Assembly (NCBI RefSeq): GCF_963921235.1
Contig: NC_086097.1
Location: 16,492,001 to 16,556,000 of the forward strand
DNA length: 64,000 nt
Source: Mobula hypostoma
Lineage: Eukaryota
Direction: 5' to 3'
Notes under the pieces: generated by a model
Database searches by the model: none
Told to the model about the DNA's origin: nothing
Seen by the model: only the letters and a program-made list of their open reading frames with translations
Translations under genes and position numbers: made by a program
Part shown: positions 14,120-28,100 of the stretch, piece after piece
How positions within the stretch are numbered: position 1 is the stretch's first letter
Layout: each line of letters begins with the position of its first letter

Positions 14120-16255
14120 GTTCAAATTTTGAAGTAAATTTATTACCAAAGATCATACTGTATGTGTCAGCAGATACAACACTAGATTCGTTTTCTTGTG
14201 GGCAAATTCAAGAACCATATTTAAATCAATTAAAGACCACACTCAACAGGACAGACAAGCAACCAATGTGCAAAAGACTAAAAGGAAATAATAACAATGA
14301 TAATAAATAAATAACCAATAAATATCGAGAACATGAGATAAAGAGTCCTTGAAATTGAGTCCATAGGTTCAGTGATGAGGTGAGTGAGGTTATCTCCACC
14401 GGTTCAAGAGCCGGAGGGTTAACAGGTAATAACTGCTCCTGAACCTGGTGGTGTGAGTCCCGAGGTTCCTATACTTTCTTCCTGATGGCTGCAGCGAGAA
14501 GAGAGCATGGCCTGGATGGTGGAGGCCCTTGACGATTGAAGCTGATTTCCTGTGACAAAGCTCCACGTAGATGTGCTCAATGATAGGTACTGTTTTACCT
14601 ATGATAAACTGGGCCTTATACATTTTTTGTAAGATTTTCCATTCAGAGTGTTTCCATACCAATTCATGATGCAATCAGTCAATACATTCTCCATCACACA
14701 ACTATAGAAGTTTGTCAAAGTTTTGGATGCCGTGGCAAATCTTTGCAAACTTCTAAGGCAGGGGTCCCCAACAATATTCTTGCCGACCGGCCGACCGGTG
14801 GGGCGGGGGGAGGTGCTGGGTGTTAATCATGACCGGAATATAGGTGATAAGTCAACTATAAGTCACTCAATATAAGCTAATGCACTCAATTTCATTTCTA
14901 AAGGGGTTTATCAACCGAATTTAACGTTAAACACATAGCACATATTTTCCTTGCATGAATATTGTGATAAGTTAATTATAACAGTGATCCTAACCAAAGC
15001 TCTGGGCCGTGAAGAATGCAGTGGTGTAGTGGTAGCCAGAATGCACCCAGCACACCCTTAAGAAAAATGATGAAATAAACAAGCTAATTGATTAGGTGCT
15101 GCCCGGCAGTAAATGTCGGCCCAGATCAGAGGCGATGCAATTGAGGGGTGATGGGAGACAGCGATACTCGAAGGGGGTTCCTTATGTCCAGTCTATTCCG
15201 CAATTTAGTTTTTGTTGCATTCACTGCAGAAAACTCCGCTTCGCAGCGATATGATGTTGGAAATGGAAGCAACGTTTTCAGTGCTTTCATGGCTTTCTCA
15301 GAATATTCAGCCTCGACTTTGATCCAGAATGCCAGCAGAGATGTTATGTCAAACATACTTTTCAGCCCGTCGTCATTTGCAAGCTTGAGGAGTTGATCTT
15401 CTTCCCGCGCTGACATGGATGTTTCACCGGGGACATTCACAAATGGGTCATGGACCCGTACCTTTGCATGTCTTGGGTCACTGATGACCTCGCGTATGTT
15501 AAAAGTTCAACAGTGGGCATGACAGGGGATGAGGAAAGGTGCAGCTGACTCATATCGTTTCAAATCGCCAAATCATATTGTTTCCTCGCAGCCTGGTAGC
15601 ACATGCTTTGCGGCCCGGTGGTTGGGGACCACTGTTCTAAGGGAATGGAGGCACTGCCTTGCTTCCTTCATAATTGCACTTACGTGCTGGGTGCAAGGCA
15701 GGTCCTCTGAAATCATAACACTGAGGAAATTAAAGTTGCTGACCCCCTCCATCTCTGATGCCCCGATGTGGAATGGTTCATCAACCTCTGGTTTCATCCT
15801 CCTGAAGTCAATAACCCGCTCCTTGGTCTTGCTGACATTGAGTAAGAGGTTGTTGTGGCATCATTTAGCCAGAATTTCAATCTCCCTCCTGTATGCTGAT
15901 TCATCACCACCTTTGATTTGGCTAACAACAGTGGTGTCATCAGCAAACTTAAATATGACATTGGAACTGCGCTTAGCCTCACAGTCATAAGCATAAAGCG
16001 AGTAAAGCAGGGGGCTAAGCACACAGTCTTGTGGTGCACCTGTGTTGGAGAGGTGTTGCCAATCCAAACTGACTGAGGTCCACAAGTGAGGAAATCGAGG
16101 ATCCAATTGCGCAAGGAGGCATTGAGATCTTGGACTTGAAGCTTATTGATTAGTTGTGAGGGGATGATGGTATTTTTTGCCGAGCTATCGTTAATAAAGA
16201 ATATACTGCTGTATGCATCTTTGCTGTCCAGATATTCCAGGGTTGAGTGAAGAAC
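14120..16255 (-). mobile_element. Rex/Babar LINE, split by a hAT insertion
   Basis: [27 protein letters not shown] and HPGHALFSLQPSGRKYR. Confidence 0.9.
14759..15634 (-). mobile_element. Non-autonomous hAT (Buster/Charlie-type) DNA transposon
   Basis: TIRs CAGGGGTCCCCAAC / GTTGGGGACCACTG; perfect 8-bp TSD TTCTAAGG (14751-14758, 15635-15642); ORF 15126..15440 is a hAT dimerisation-domain fragment (LLPFPTSYRCEAEFS, KLRNRLD). Confidence 0.95.
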
Positions 16256-16369
16256 CAATTATTTAGGTAAAAGCCACCTTGAAGTGGGCTGCAATTGGGG
16301 ACATATGATATTAATCAGGCACCATGGACTGAAAAGGCTGAAATACTCAGGAGACATTGCAACCTGATC

Positions 16370-16965
16370 CTGATCAAAAAGGCGCAACAGCATCTTTATT
16401 TGCTGCGGAGCATGAAGAAAGCTCACCTCTGTCCCAGGATACTGACTGACTTTTACCGCTGTACCATTGAGAGCATACTCACCAACTGCATCTCAGTGTG
16501 GTATGGCAATTGTCCCGTATCAGACCGCAAAGCACTCCAGCGTGTGGTGAAAACTGCCCAGCGGATTATCGGCACCCAATTGCCCACCATTGAGAACATC
16601 TAGCATAAACGCTGCCTGGGCAGGGCAAAAAGCATTATCAGGGATGCAGCTCATCCTAACCATGGACTTTTTACTCTCGTCCCACCCAGTAGGTGCTGCA
16701 AGAGCTTCTGCTCCCGCACCAGCAGGCACAGGAAGAGTTTCCTCCCTGAGGCTGTGACACTGCTGAACCTCTCATCACAGCGCTAAGCAGTATTGCATCT
16801 GTACTGTACTGTCTCAGTACTTCTATATTTGTGTGCTGTAGCACTTTTTTTATTCACAGTTATTTTGCAAATAACACTATTCTTTGCATTTCGGGTCAGA
16901 TGCTAAATGCATTTCATTGGCTTTGTATCTGTACTCGGCACAAATACAACAAAGTTGAATCTAAA
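16370..16965 (+). mobile_element. Rex1/Babar LINE 3' fragment
   Basis: KKAQQHLYLLR, FYRCTIESILTNCISVWYG, LQRVVKTAQRI; tail aaagttgaatctaa. Confidence 0.88.
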
Positions 16966-17386
16966 AAAACCTTCCAATTCCACAATGGAAAAGGTTCTGT
17001 GGCAGAAGCTATGACTGCTGCAGATCCAAGTGTGCATTCCCTTTGAAATTCTTTTAGGTCCTGTGGAGAAGCCTCTCTTTCTGATGATTCGGCCTTATTT
17101 GGGGAAAAGACCATGTCTCCATTTCTTCTCTCTCTTTTGCCACTCATGCTGGGAATCATTTACACTGCAAGGTTTAAAGACAGACAACTTGCACCTTTAT
17201 CAAAAATCTAAATATGTTCAGCACAATTCTTCAGTCTAAAGTAATGTACAACTAGGCATTCCCCAAAATGAATTTTCTTTAAATCTGCAGTAATTAAGGA
17301 TTTTTTTTTTTTAGATGAGTAACTATGAGTCTCTTGACACAGCGACCTTGGGTCTGCATGAACGCAGATGAAGAAGCCTCAACATA

Positions 17387-18795
17387 CAGTTGCAAGAAGA
17401 AGTCTGTGAACTCTTACCTGGTTTTCTGCATTAATTACTCATAAAATGTGGTCTAATCTTCATCTAAGTCACAATAATAGACAAACACAATCTGCCTAAA
17501 GTAATAACACACAAACAATTGTACATTTCATATTTTGTTGAACACATTGTTTAATCATTCACAATCCAGGCTGGAAAGAGTATGTGAACCCTTGTATTTA
17601 ATAACTGGTAGAACCTCCTTTAGCAGCAATAACTTCCACCAAACATTTCTTGTAGCTGCTGATCAGACTTGCACAATGGCAAGGAGGAACTTTAGACTAG
17701 TCTTCTGTACAAAACTGTTTCAGTTCATCAATATTTCTGGGATACCTTGAAGGAACAGCCCTCTTCAGGTCATACCACACCTTCTCAATTGGGTTAAGGT
17801 CTGGACTCTGATTTGGCCATTCGAAGACATAAATTTTCTTCTTTTTAAACTGTTCTGTCATTGATTTACTCGTGTTCTGAATCATTGTCTTGTGTCATCC
17901 AACTTCTATTAAGCTTCTGGTGACGGACCGCTACCCTGACATTCTCCTGTAAAGTATCTTGATACACTTTTGAATTCATTGCTCCCTCAACGATTGTAAG
18001 CTGTCCAGGCCCTGAGGCAGCAAAGCACTGCCAAACCATGATGCTCCTTCCACCATGCTTTACAGCTGGGATGAGGTTTTAGTGTTGATGAGCAGTGCCA
18101 TTTTTCCTCAGTAGTGTCCTTCCATGAACACCATTCTCATTCAGTGGACACATGAACAGAAACTTTAGCAAGCTCTAGAGATGTCTGCAGGTCATTTGCT
18201 GTTACCCTTGGGTTCTTTCTCACCTCCTCCAGCAGAGCACATTGTTTTCTTGGTGTGACCTTTGCAGGACGCCCACTCCTAAGGAGTTGCAACAGTACTG
18301 AATTTCCTCCATTTGTAGACAATTTTTCTTACTGTGCACTGATGAATGGTCATGTCTTTAGAAATGCTCTTCCAGCTTTGTAGCCTTTTCCAGCTTCAGG
18401 TATCTCTGAAATTCTTCTCTCAAGGCCCTCTGAAAGTTGTTTTGATCGAGGCATAGTGCACATAAACAGATCTTTCTTGAGAAGAGCAGGCTCTGTCAGT
18501 AACCTGGCTTGGTGTATCTTTTTTTAATAGGGCAGGGCACCTCTACAACCCACACCTCCAAATGGCTTTTGTAGAAGGCATTAACCCAGAGGTTCACATA
18601 CTTTTTTGAACCTACACTGTGTTGTTTAATTGGTGTACTTAGTATTGGTGAGAGGTACAATTGTTTGTGTGTTATTAGTTTAGGCAGATTGTGTTTGTCT
18701 ATTGTTGTAACTTAAATGAAGACCAGACAACATTTTCCGAGTAATGCAGAAAACCAGGCAATTGCAAATGGTTCACAAACTTTTACTTGCAACTG
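17387..18795 (-). mobile_element. Tc1-family DNA transposon, internally deleted, with long IR/DR-type TIRs
   Basis: TA|CAGTTGCAAG...CTTGCAACTG|TA; about 200-bp inverted ends; RSGRPAKVT and WPNQSPDLNPIE motifs in minus ORFs. Confidence 0.93.
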
Positions 18796-19694
18796 TAGTT
18801 GAGTAACCGTTAACTTTGTTATAGAGCATATTAAGTTGTGTTTCCTGTGAATGCTCTTTCAACAGCATTGAGTCTTCAACAACTAGTCATGATAACTGCT
18901 GAGAATAAGAGCAAGATCAAGTGGTCAACACAACTCTGTCACCTGCAAACTAGTTAGTTCAAGGAGAAAATACAGTACGTCTTTCTGTCATTCCAACAAA
19001 GGCATTCAAGCTAGGAATACTCTTCTTCAAAAGAGTTATTTGTATCTACCATTTTCAGGATAGCCTAGACAGATGGATAGCCTTCAACAGCTATTTGAAC
19101 TGTACAACTGAGCTCAAATTAGGACCAACTCACGAAAAGCTTTTGCCTGTATTTATGATGGAGAGCCACGGCTCTAGTTGCATCAACTATTTTAGACATA
19201 GATCTTTTTCTGAGGAAATACTTCTTTCAGGTTGGCACTGGTTAAGTGCCTACAACTGGTGGCAACTGAATCATGCCTATGGCTATCACCATCCAATCTT
19301 GAATGCTGTCATGGGAAAGGGGTTTACAAGCACATAGAGCATCAGATTTAGTCATCATGACCTCCTTGAAATACACCGCATACTTCAGTCTCAAACTGAG
19401 TTTCAGAATGAGATGTGAACCTCCTTGCCTGACAGCAAAAGTCACCATGGAAATGATTTTCCACCTTGAAACACATCAAGCATCTTCCAGTCCGGAACAG
19501 AAGTTATAGTTAACATTTAGCAGTTTATTATCCATTATTGCACAAGAGAGACAGTAACACACTTCAGTGATGGATTACAATTCTGTTTTCTCTTTTCAAA
19601 AGAATAACATCACAAGGGATTGCAAGGCTTCTGTGCGATGCAGGGTGTGAATGATTACTGTAGTTTTACTCAACTCAGAGCTACCAGATATAAA

Positions 19695-20597
19695 AATTCA
19701 AAGATCAAAGTAAATTTATTATCAAAGTACATATATGTCACCATATACAACCCTGATACTCATTTTCTTGTAGGCATCTTCAATAAATCTATATAATAGT
19801 AACCATATCAAAATCATGAAAGACCACACTAACTTGGACATTCAATCAGTATATAAAAGATAAAAAATTGTACAAATACAAAAAGAAATAATAATAATAA
19901 ATAAATAACCAGTAAATATCAAGAACCTGAAATGAAGAGTCTTTGAAAGTGAGTCCATTGGTTGCGAAAACATTTCAATGACGGGGCGGGTGAAGTTATC
20001 CCCTTTGGTTCAAGAGCCTGATAGTTGAGGGGGTAGTAACTGTTCTTGAACCTGGTGGTGTGAGTCCTGAGATGCTGTACCTTCTTCCTGATGTCAACAG
20101 CAAGAGGAGAGCATGCTCTGGATGGTGGGGGTCCCTGAAGATAGATGCTTCTTTCCTGCGACAATGTGTGGGAGGGTTTTACCTGTGATTGTTCTTGGCC
20201 ATATTAACTACTTTTTATGGGATTTTTCATTCAAGCTATTTCCATACCTGGCTGTAATGCAACCAGTCAATATACTCTCCACTACACATCTATAGAAGTT
20301 TTGCTGTTTTAGATGTCATGCCGAACCTCCACCAACTCCTAATGAAGTAGAGGCTTGGTTCGTAATTGAACTTATATGCTGGGCCCAGGACAGGTCCTCT
20401 GAAAGAATAACACCAAGGAATTTAAAGTTGCTGACCCTCTCCACCTCTGATCCTCCAATGAGGACGGACTGGCTCATGGGTCTTTGGTTTCCTTCTCCTG
20501 AAGTCAATAATCAGCTTCTTGGTCTTGCTGACATTGAGTAAGAGGCTGTTGTTATTGCACCACTCAATGAGATTTTCAATCTCCCTCCTATATGAAG
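19695..20597 (-). mobile_element. Rex/Babar LINE 3' fragment
   Basis: YRREIENLIEWC, LNVSKTKKLIIDFRR, FKFLGV, RTHTTRFKNSYY. Confidence 0.88.
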
Positions 20598-21069
20598 TCC
20601 TTCCACTGCAGGCAGGGGAATGTTTACTGTGAACATTTATACTGCATGTCATAAAAATTAATGATTACACATCCTCCCCAAGTTATGGCAGAGCCCTGCA
20701 ACCTAAGCAATTCACAAGTCAGAACTGTTGGCCATCCAGCAATACTTAAGTAAAAGCAAACGCCAACCAAAGGCAGTATGTAGTCAAACCATATAAACTT
20801 CGCTACAAAATGCAATGATATTGCAATAGAGTCCGACATAACAAAAGATGCCTAGTCTTGTAGCAGCTGGCAAATTCTTCCTGCCAATCATCCAAATCTG
20901 GTGAAGATGCGTATCCTGGCTGCATTTAAGATGTTTCCATACTGTCACTGTCCACTCTGGCATCTATGCCATAACTATAAACTAAAAGATTATCAGCCAA
21001 CATGGACTCTCTGCTGATAATATGGCTATTGATTCAAGTGCACTGCCAAAACAAATAAACTGAATTAGC

Positions 21070-22140
21070 TTCTTATCAGCACATATACTGAGGTACAATG
21101 AAAAACTTGTGTTGTGTGCCATCCTAAGATTATTTCATTCCAACAGTGCATTATGGTAGGAAAGGAAAAACAATAGCAGCGTGCAGAATGAAATGTCACA
21201 GAGCAAGTGCAGTACAGGTGAAATAAAAGGCGCAAGGCCATAATGAGATGATAGGAGCCCATTTTACTGTACTAGGAGACTGTTCAATAGTCTTTCAACA
21301 GTGGGATAGAAGCTGTTCTTGAACCTGGTGATACGTACTTTCAGGATTTATTGTCTGCCTAATGGGAGGGGTGGGAAGAGAGGATATCCAGCTTGGATGG
21401 GGGTTTGATTATGTTGGCTGCTTTACTGATACAGCTAGAAGTGTAAACAGAGTTCATGGAGTGGAGGCTAATTACTAGTTAACTAGTAACTCTCAACTTA
21501 CTGGTTTCTTGCAGTCACAGATAGAGCAGTTGCTATATCAAGCTGTGATGCATATAGATAGTTTACTTTCTATGGTGTATCGATAAAAAATTGTGAAGGC
21601 CAAATGAGACATGACAAATTTCTTTAGCCTCCTGAAGCGTCGGTGAGCTTTCTTAGCTATAGTGTTTAAGTGGTTGGGCCAGGACAAGCTATCGGTGATG
21701 TTTACTCCTAGGAACTTGAACCTTCCAACCCTCTCAACTTCAGAATTGCAGGAACATGTGTAATATCCCCCTTCATGAAGTCAATGACCGGCACTTTTTT
21801 TTTGCTGAGACTGAGGAAATGGTTGCTGCTATGACACCATGACATTATACTCTCTACTTCCAGTACTCCTTGACTCATCATTATTTGACAATTGGTCCAC
21901 TATAATGGTGTCACCAGTAAACTTTCAGATGGAGTTAGAGCAAAATCTGGTCATGCAGTCTTCAGTGTAGGGGCTGAAGATGCAGTCTTATGGAGCACTA
22001 GTATTGAGAATAATCTTGAAGGAAGTGCTACTGCCTATACTTACTGCTTGTGGTTTGTTGGTCAGGAAGTCAAAAATCCAGTTAAAAGCATGGTGTTGAA
22101 TACTAGGTCTAGGAGTTTGGAACTGAATTTGCATTCTGTG
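21070..22140 (-). mobile_element. Old Rex/Babar LINE fragment
   Basis: NWIFDFLTNKPQAV and a degraded 3' region. Confidence 0.75.
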
Positions 22141-22887
22141 ATAAAAATGCTCTGCTGCAGTGCATAGTTTAGAAGACCAGATAATTTCTATACTCAAACT
22201 GAAGTTTGCCGTCTAGATACAATAGTTCTAGATGATTCCTGGAGAGCAAATTTGAAGTTACAAGATCAATAGTATGTTGCAGAATCTGTCTCAAACCTTG
22301 TTGACGACATGCAGCATACTTATCAAAGAATGACTAACATCATTAAAACATCAGCTGACTTTTCTTGTGTTTCTCTGTGTATCATTGTCTTTATACTGCT
22401 TTTACCTATTGGTTTTAGTAGAGCTGATAGAAGAATAAAGACTTGTAAAGTAGGACACTGCAGTGATCTTGCTGGACATCAATGCAGCTCTGGGCCTAGA
22501 AAGATAGACACTTTCCAAGCATGGATAACAGCTACTCTATGATGTGGGCTGGCTTTGACAAGCAGCATCAATGGAATAACATTGCTGCAATCACAAATAC
22601 ATCAGCCTACAAGATATTCTCCATTCCTGCTTTTCAGGAACGATGCTCCAGCTCTTTTAGTAATGTGCTGAACCGCTGTGTCATCCAGTAAGCTTCATCA
22701 TGCAAATAGAAACACCCACACACAGAGATCTTCCTCCTTCTTGCGTAGACACATTCTATGAGAATTCCTGATGCCTGGAATCATTGTGATAATTCGGTTA
22801 TTCTTGATATCCACACAGAAAAATATGGGCTCCAAGGTCTTCAAAATTATTGTTGGTTTCTTCCATACTCCACTGTAGTCACGGGTG

Positions 22888-23095
22888 TCATAGAAAACTA
22901 CAGCACAGAAAGACCCTTCAGCCCATCCAGTCTGTTGCAAACCATGTAAACTACCTAGCCTCATCAACCTGCACCCAGACCATAACCCTCTCATCCATTA
23001 CCTATCCAAGCATCTCTTGAAATTTGAAATCAAAATTGCATCCACCACTTGCACTGGCAGCTCATTCCACACACTCACCACTCTGAATGAAGATA
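22888..23095 (-). mobile_element. CR1 3'-end fragment
   Basis: catagaaaactacagcacagaaa...cactggcagctcattccacac, the same family as 42835 and 63530. Confidence 0.8.
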
Positions 23096-23339
23096 TTTGT
23101 AAGCAGGATACTTTGGCAGATATTTTAATCACCAAAATCTTCATTAAGTGCTGTCTTTCCAATTGAATCTTCAATTTGACTCGTCTTACAGAACCTGTGG
23201 ATAAACTGCCCTCTCGGTAGACAGCACTTCCTTCTTGTCTTGCTCAGCACAACTTGTACAGTGTGACTCACAACCTGTAAATCACTGGTGTTGATGCTGC
23301 TGGTAAGTGAGTGACTGGGCTGTGAAGCATTGAGTAACT

Positions 23340-24780
23340 TATCAGAATCAGAATTAATATCATTGGCATGTCATGAAATTTATAGTTTTTGCCACATCAG
23401 TACAATTCATAACAACAGAAAATAACTACAAATTACAGTAAATATATAATATATATTAGATTAAATAAGTAGTACAAAAATAGGGAAAAAAAGTAATGAG
23501 GTAGTGTTTATGGGTTCAATGACCATTCAGAAATCAAATGGCAGAGAAGCTGTTCCTGAATCTTTAAGTGTGTGCCTTCAAGCTTCTGTACCTCTTTCCT
23601 GATAGCAATGAGAACAATGCATGACCTAGGTTATGGTGGGGGCATCCTTAATGATGGACACTGCCTTTTTGAGGCATCACTCCTTGAAGATGTCCTGAAT
23701 ACTACAGAGGCTAGTACCCATGATGGAGCTGACCCAGTTTACAACTCTCTGCAGCTTATTTCAATCCTATACAGGAACAACACCCACCCAACTCCCATAC
23801 CAGGCAGTGATGCAGCCAGTTAGAATGCTCTCCATGGTAAAACTAGATATCTGTGAGTGCCTTTGGTGACATACCAAATCTCCTCAAGCTCCTAATAAAA
23901 TATAGCTACTGCCATGCTTTCGTTGCAGGTGCATTGATATGTTAGATCCTCAAAGATATTGACATCTAGCAACTTCAACTTGTTCGCTCCTTCCACTTCT
24001 GATCCCTCCATGAGGACTGGTGTGTGTTCCTCGCCTTACCCTTTCTGAAGTCTACAACAAGTTCTTTAGTCTTAGTGATGCTGAGTGCAAGGTTGTTGCT
24101 GTGACACCACTCAACTAGCTGATATATCTTGCTCCTGTATGCTATTTCATCACCATCTGAAATTCTGCAGGCAGTAGTTGCATCATCTGCAAATTCATAG
24201 ATGGCATTTGAACTGTGCCTAGCCTCACAATCATGGGTGTAGAGAGACTAGAGCAGTAGGCTAAGCACACATCCCTGAGATGCACCAGTGTTGATTGTCA
24301 GTGAGGTGGAGATTTTACTTCCAATCCACACAGATTGTGGTCTTCTGGTTTGGAAGTTGGGGATCCAGTTGCAGAGGGAAGGTACAGAGGCCCAGGTTCT
24401 GGAGCTTTTCAATCAGAACTGCAGGAATAATTGTTTTAAACGTTGATTTACAGTCAAATAGCAGCATCCTGACATAAGTATTGGTATTGTCCAGGTGATC
24501 CAAGGCTGTGTAAAGAGCCAATGAGATTGCATCCACTATGGATCTTTGTGGGAATAGGCAAATTGCAGTGGGTCCAGGTCCTTGCTGAGACAGGAGTTAA
24601 TTCTAGCCATAACCAACCTCTCAACGCACTTCATCAACATAGATGTAAGGGCTACTGGATGATATTCATTAAGGCAGCTCACCCTGATTTTCTGAGGCAT
24701 TGGTATAATTGTTGCCCTTTTGAAGCAGGTGGGAACTTCCAACTGTAGTAATGAGATTGAAAATGTCTTTGAACACACCC
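23340..24780 (-). mobile_element. Rex/Babar LINE fragment
   Basis: CLNEYHPVALTS, LDPLQFAY, DAISLALYTALDHLD; tail (TTCTGA)n at about 23343-23353. Confidence 0.88.
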
Positions 24781-25180
24781 GGCTGATAGTGTACTTGAAA
24801 ATGCACTTACCTTGAATACACAGGATTACTTAATCCCTGGTGACATAGCTTTCAACTTCCTGATGCCTTGGCTCCTAGGATTGTCCACCACTGCCATCTC
24901 TTCCTACTGCCTTCTGAGTGTATAGATGAACAGCTTCTCTTCCACCCTTGCCTCCTCCATTAAGACTTCAGTCCAACATCAGGAAAACATGGATCCAACT
25001 CTCACATTGCCCCAAATTTTTGGCATGGTATTACAAAGTCTTCAAATATTTGCAGCTTCTTTGCACCACATGACTACTGAAATGTGAATGTAGGTGATGA
25101 AACATTACTGGTAGAGAGGCCAAACTTATTGGCTGATCTTCGAAGTTGGGTGTGGTAATATTCAAGTTCAGAAGCTGGAA

Positions 25181-28100
25181 GTCAAGTCAAATTTATTTAT
25201 AAAGCATACTTAAAAACCCAAGTTGACCAAAGTGTGTACAAACCATAACAGGTAGCTAAAAATCATAAATACAAGAAACACAGATATAAACAACAAAGCA
25301 CACAGCTTAGAGGCACAAAATAAACAACACACGAGCCTAGGCACAAGCCAAAAATCAGCCACATCAGGAAGATTCAAACGCTGGTGAATAAAAGTAAGTT
25401 TTGAGCCTGACTGAAAAGAGTCAATGGAGGGGGCAGATCTGATAGGGAGGGGAACACTGTTCCACAGTCTAGGGGCTACAACAGCAAAAGCGTGGTCACC
25501 CCGGAACTTAAATTTAGATCGCGGGACAGCCAGGAGCCCCAAGTCAGCCGAACTGAGGGACCTGGAAGTAGAATAAGGGGTTAGAAGGTCTGCAATATAG
25601 GAGGGGGCCAGCCCATTTAGGGCTTTATAAACAAACAGGAGTACCTTAAAATCAATTCTAAACTGTACTGGTAGCCAGTGGGGAGAGGCCAGGATGGAAG
25701 TAATATGGTCCCTCTTCTGGGCACCTGTCAGGAGCCTGGCTGTGGTGTTCTGGACCAGTTGCAGATGGGACAGGGGCAACTGACTAATCCCAGTAGACAG
25801 GGAGTTGGAGCAGTCCAAGCCGGAGGATATAAGGGCGCGGATGACTTTCTCGAGATCTTTGAAAGAGAGAAATGACTTGATTTTGGCAATAGTACGAAGC
25901 TGGAAAAAACTGGCTTTTAATACTGCATTAAATTGTTTGTCAAACTTAAAGGCGGAATCAAATATCACACCAAGGTTTTTGACAGGGGGTTTGACAAGGG
26001 TAGGCAGGTTACCAAGACCGTTGGTAATCACTTTGATGGAGTCAAAGGGGGCCAAATAGGACAACTTCAGACTTGCCTTCATTCAGCTGTAGGAAGTTTT
26101 GTGCCATCCAACACTTTATGTCCTCAAGGCAGTTCATGAGGCTGACTAGATTTGACTGGTTGTTTGGTTTCAAGGGGAGATAAAGCTGTGTATCCTCAGC
26201 AGAACAATGGAAGGAAATATCATGTTTTTGAATGATTTGGCCGAGGGGAAGCATGTATATAGAGAAAAGAATGGGACCTAGGATGGAACCTTGTGGGACC
26301 CCACAGGAGAAACTAGCTGGAGAAGAGGAAAATTTGCCTATGTTGACGGAGAAGCTTCTATTTTTGAGGTAGGATGTGAACCAGTTCAAGGCAGTGCCAT
26401 CAACACCAACCCCATACTGGAGACGGTCTATTAAAATGGCGTGATCCATAGTATTGAATGCTGCGCTGAGGTCAAGAAGAATTAGGATGGCAGAGTCACC
26501 TGAATCAGTAAAGAGGAGGAGATCATTGCACACTTTCAGCAGGGCAGACTCTGTGCCATGATAAGCATTAAACCCTGACTGAAATCTTTCCAAGATGTTG
26601 TTTTGGTGTAGGTAGGGCAGCAATTGACTAAGAATAACCTTTTTGAGAACCTTTGCCAGGCATGCAAGTTTAGAAATAGGTCTATAGTTACTAGGTAAGG
26701 TAGGGTCTAAGTTGGGTTTTTTCAGGAGGGGCTGGACCACGGTGCGCTTGAAGCAGGTTGGAACGGTCCCTGTGGCCAAGGAGCTGTTGATAATAGAGAG
26801 GATGCTGGGACTGGCTACGTCAAAGACATCCTTCAGGAGGACAGTGGGGACAATGTCAAGGGGGCAGGTTGCAAGTTTCATGGTGGAAACAATCTTTATA
26901 AGGGAGAGCAGCGTGATGAGTTGGAAACAGTCCAGTTTAGATGAACAGACCGGTGAGACAGTTCGGCCATGGGTGGGGGGGGGGGGCGGGGGGGAGATGT
27001 TCATTCTAATGTCTTTAACTTTGCTAATGAAGAATTTTAAAGATTCTTTGCACTTAGCAGGGGAAACATCTAAACTAACACTGGGGCACTGGGGACGGGA
27101 CAAATGACAGAATTTATGGTACTGAATAAGACCTTGGGATTACGAGAGTTGATAGAAATCAGGTCAGAAAAGTATTTTGCTCTTGCAGCCTTAACTGCAT
27201 CCTGATATTTGTGAAGATTGTATCTCAAAATTTCAAAGGGAATTTGAAGCTTATCACGCTTCCACTTTCGTTTGGATATTCTGCACTCTCTCCTCTGGTG
27301 GTGTCATGGAGCCGAGGCAGACCTTTAGGCTTAGGCTTTTTGAATTTAAGGGGAGCAACAGTATTCGGAATAGAAGAGCAGGTGGTATTAAATAAGTTCC
27401 TCAGTGCTGAGATGGGGGGGGGGAGAAGCCTCAATAGTGCAGGTATTAGGAGCAGCCATGAGTGCCTCAGAGAAATCACTGGCAGTCGAAGAGTTAATGT
27501 AACGACAGCAACGTACAGGAAGATGAAATTTAGTTGGGGAAAAGGGCAGAGAAGCACCAAACATAACAGCACTGTGATCTGACAGACACGCATCAATTAT
27601 TTCCACATTGCAGATTGAAAAACCAGACGATAAGACCAGGCCAAGTGTGTCGCCTAGCATGTGAGTGGGTCCGGTGATAAGCAAAGCAAGATTAAAAGAC
27701 TCAAGCAGATGCATAAAATCACTTACGAGAGGCTTAGCGGGACAGCAAACATAAATATTAAAGTCACCAAGAATCAGAACTCGATCAAAGTTGGGCATAG
27801 TGTTTGAGAGGAAGTCCGCAAATTGAGTGATAAAATCTTCATGTATTTTTGGTGGACGATACACAACAGTAATTAAGAGGGGAGTGACCAGGCCCACTTT
27901 AATTAATTGCACCTCAAAGCTGGGGAAATAATCAGAGTTCAGTAGACGGCAATTAAAATGTTTCTTAAGCACAGTGGCTAGACCTCCTCTGCGTCTGGAG
28001 GGTCTAGGCATGCTAACAAAGTTACAGTCATCTGGACAGAGTTCAACAAGTGCAGCAAGCTCACCAGTGCTTAACCAGGTTTCCGTCACCAGTAAGAAAT

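Noticed and set aside
15126..15440. ZBED5/SCAND3-like domesticated transposase gene
   Set aside because: Only a fragment lying between TIRs and a TSD, so an ordinary hAT derivative
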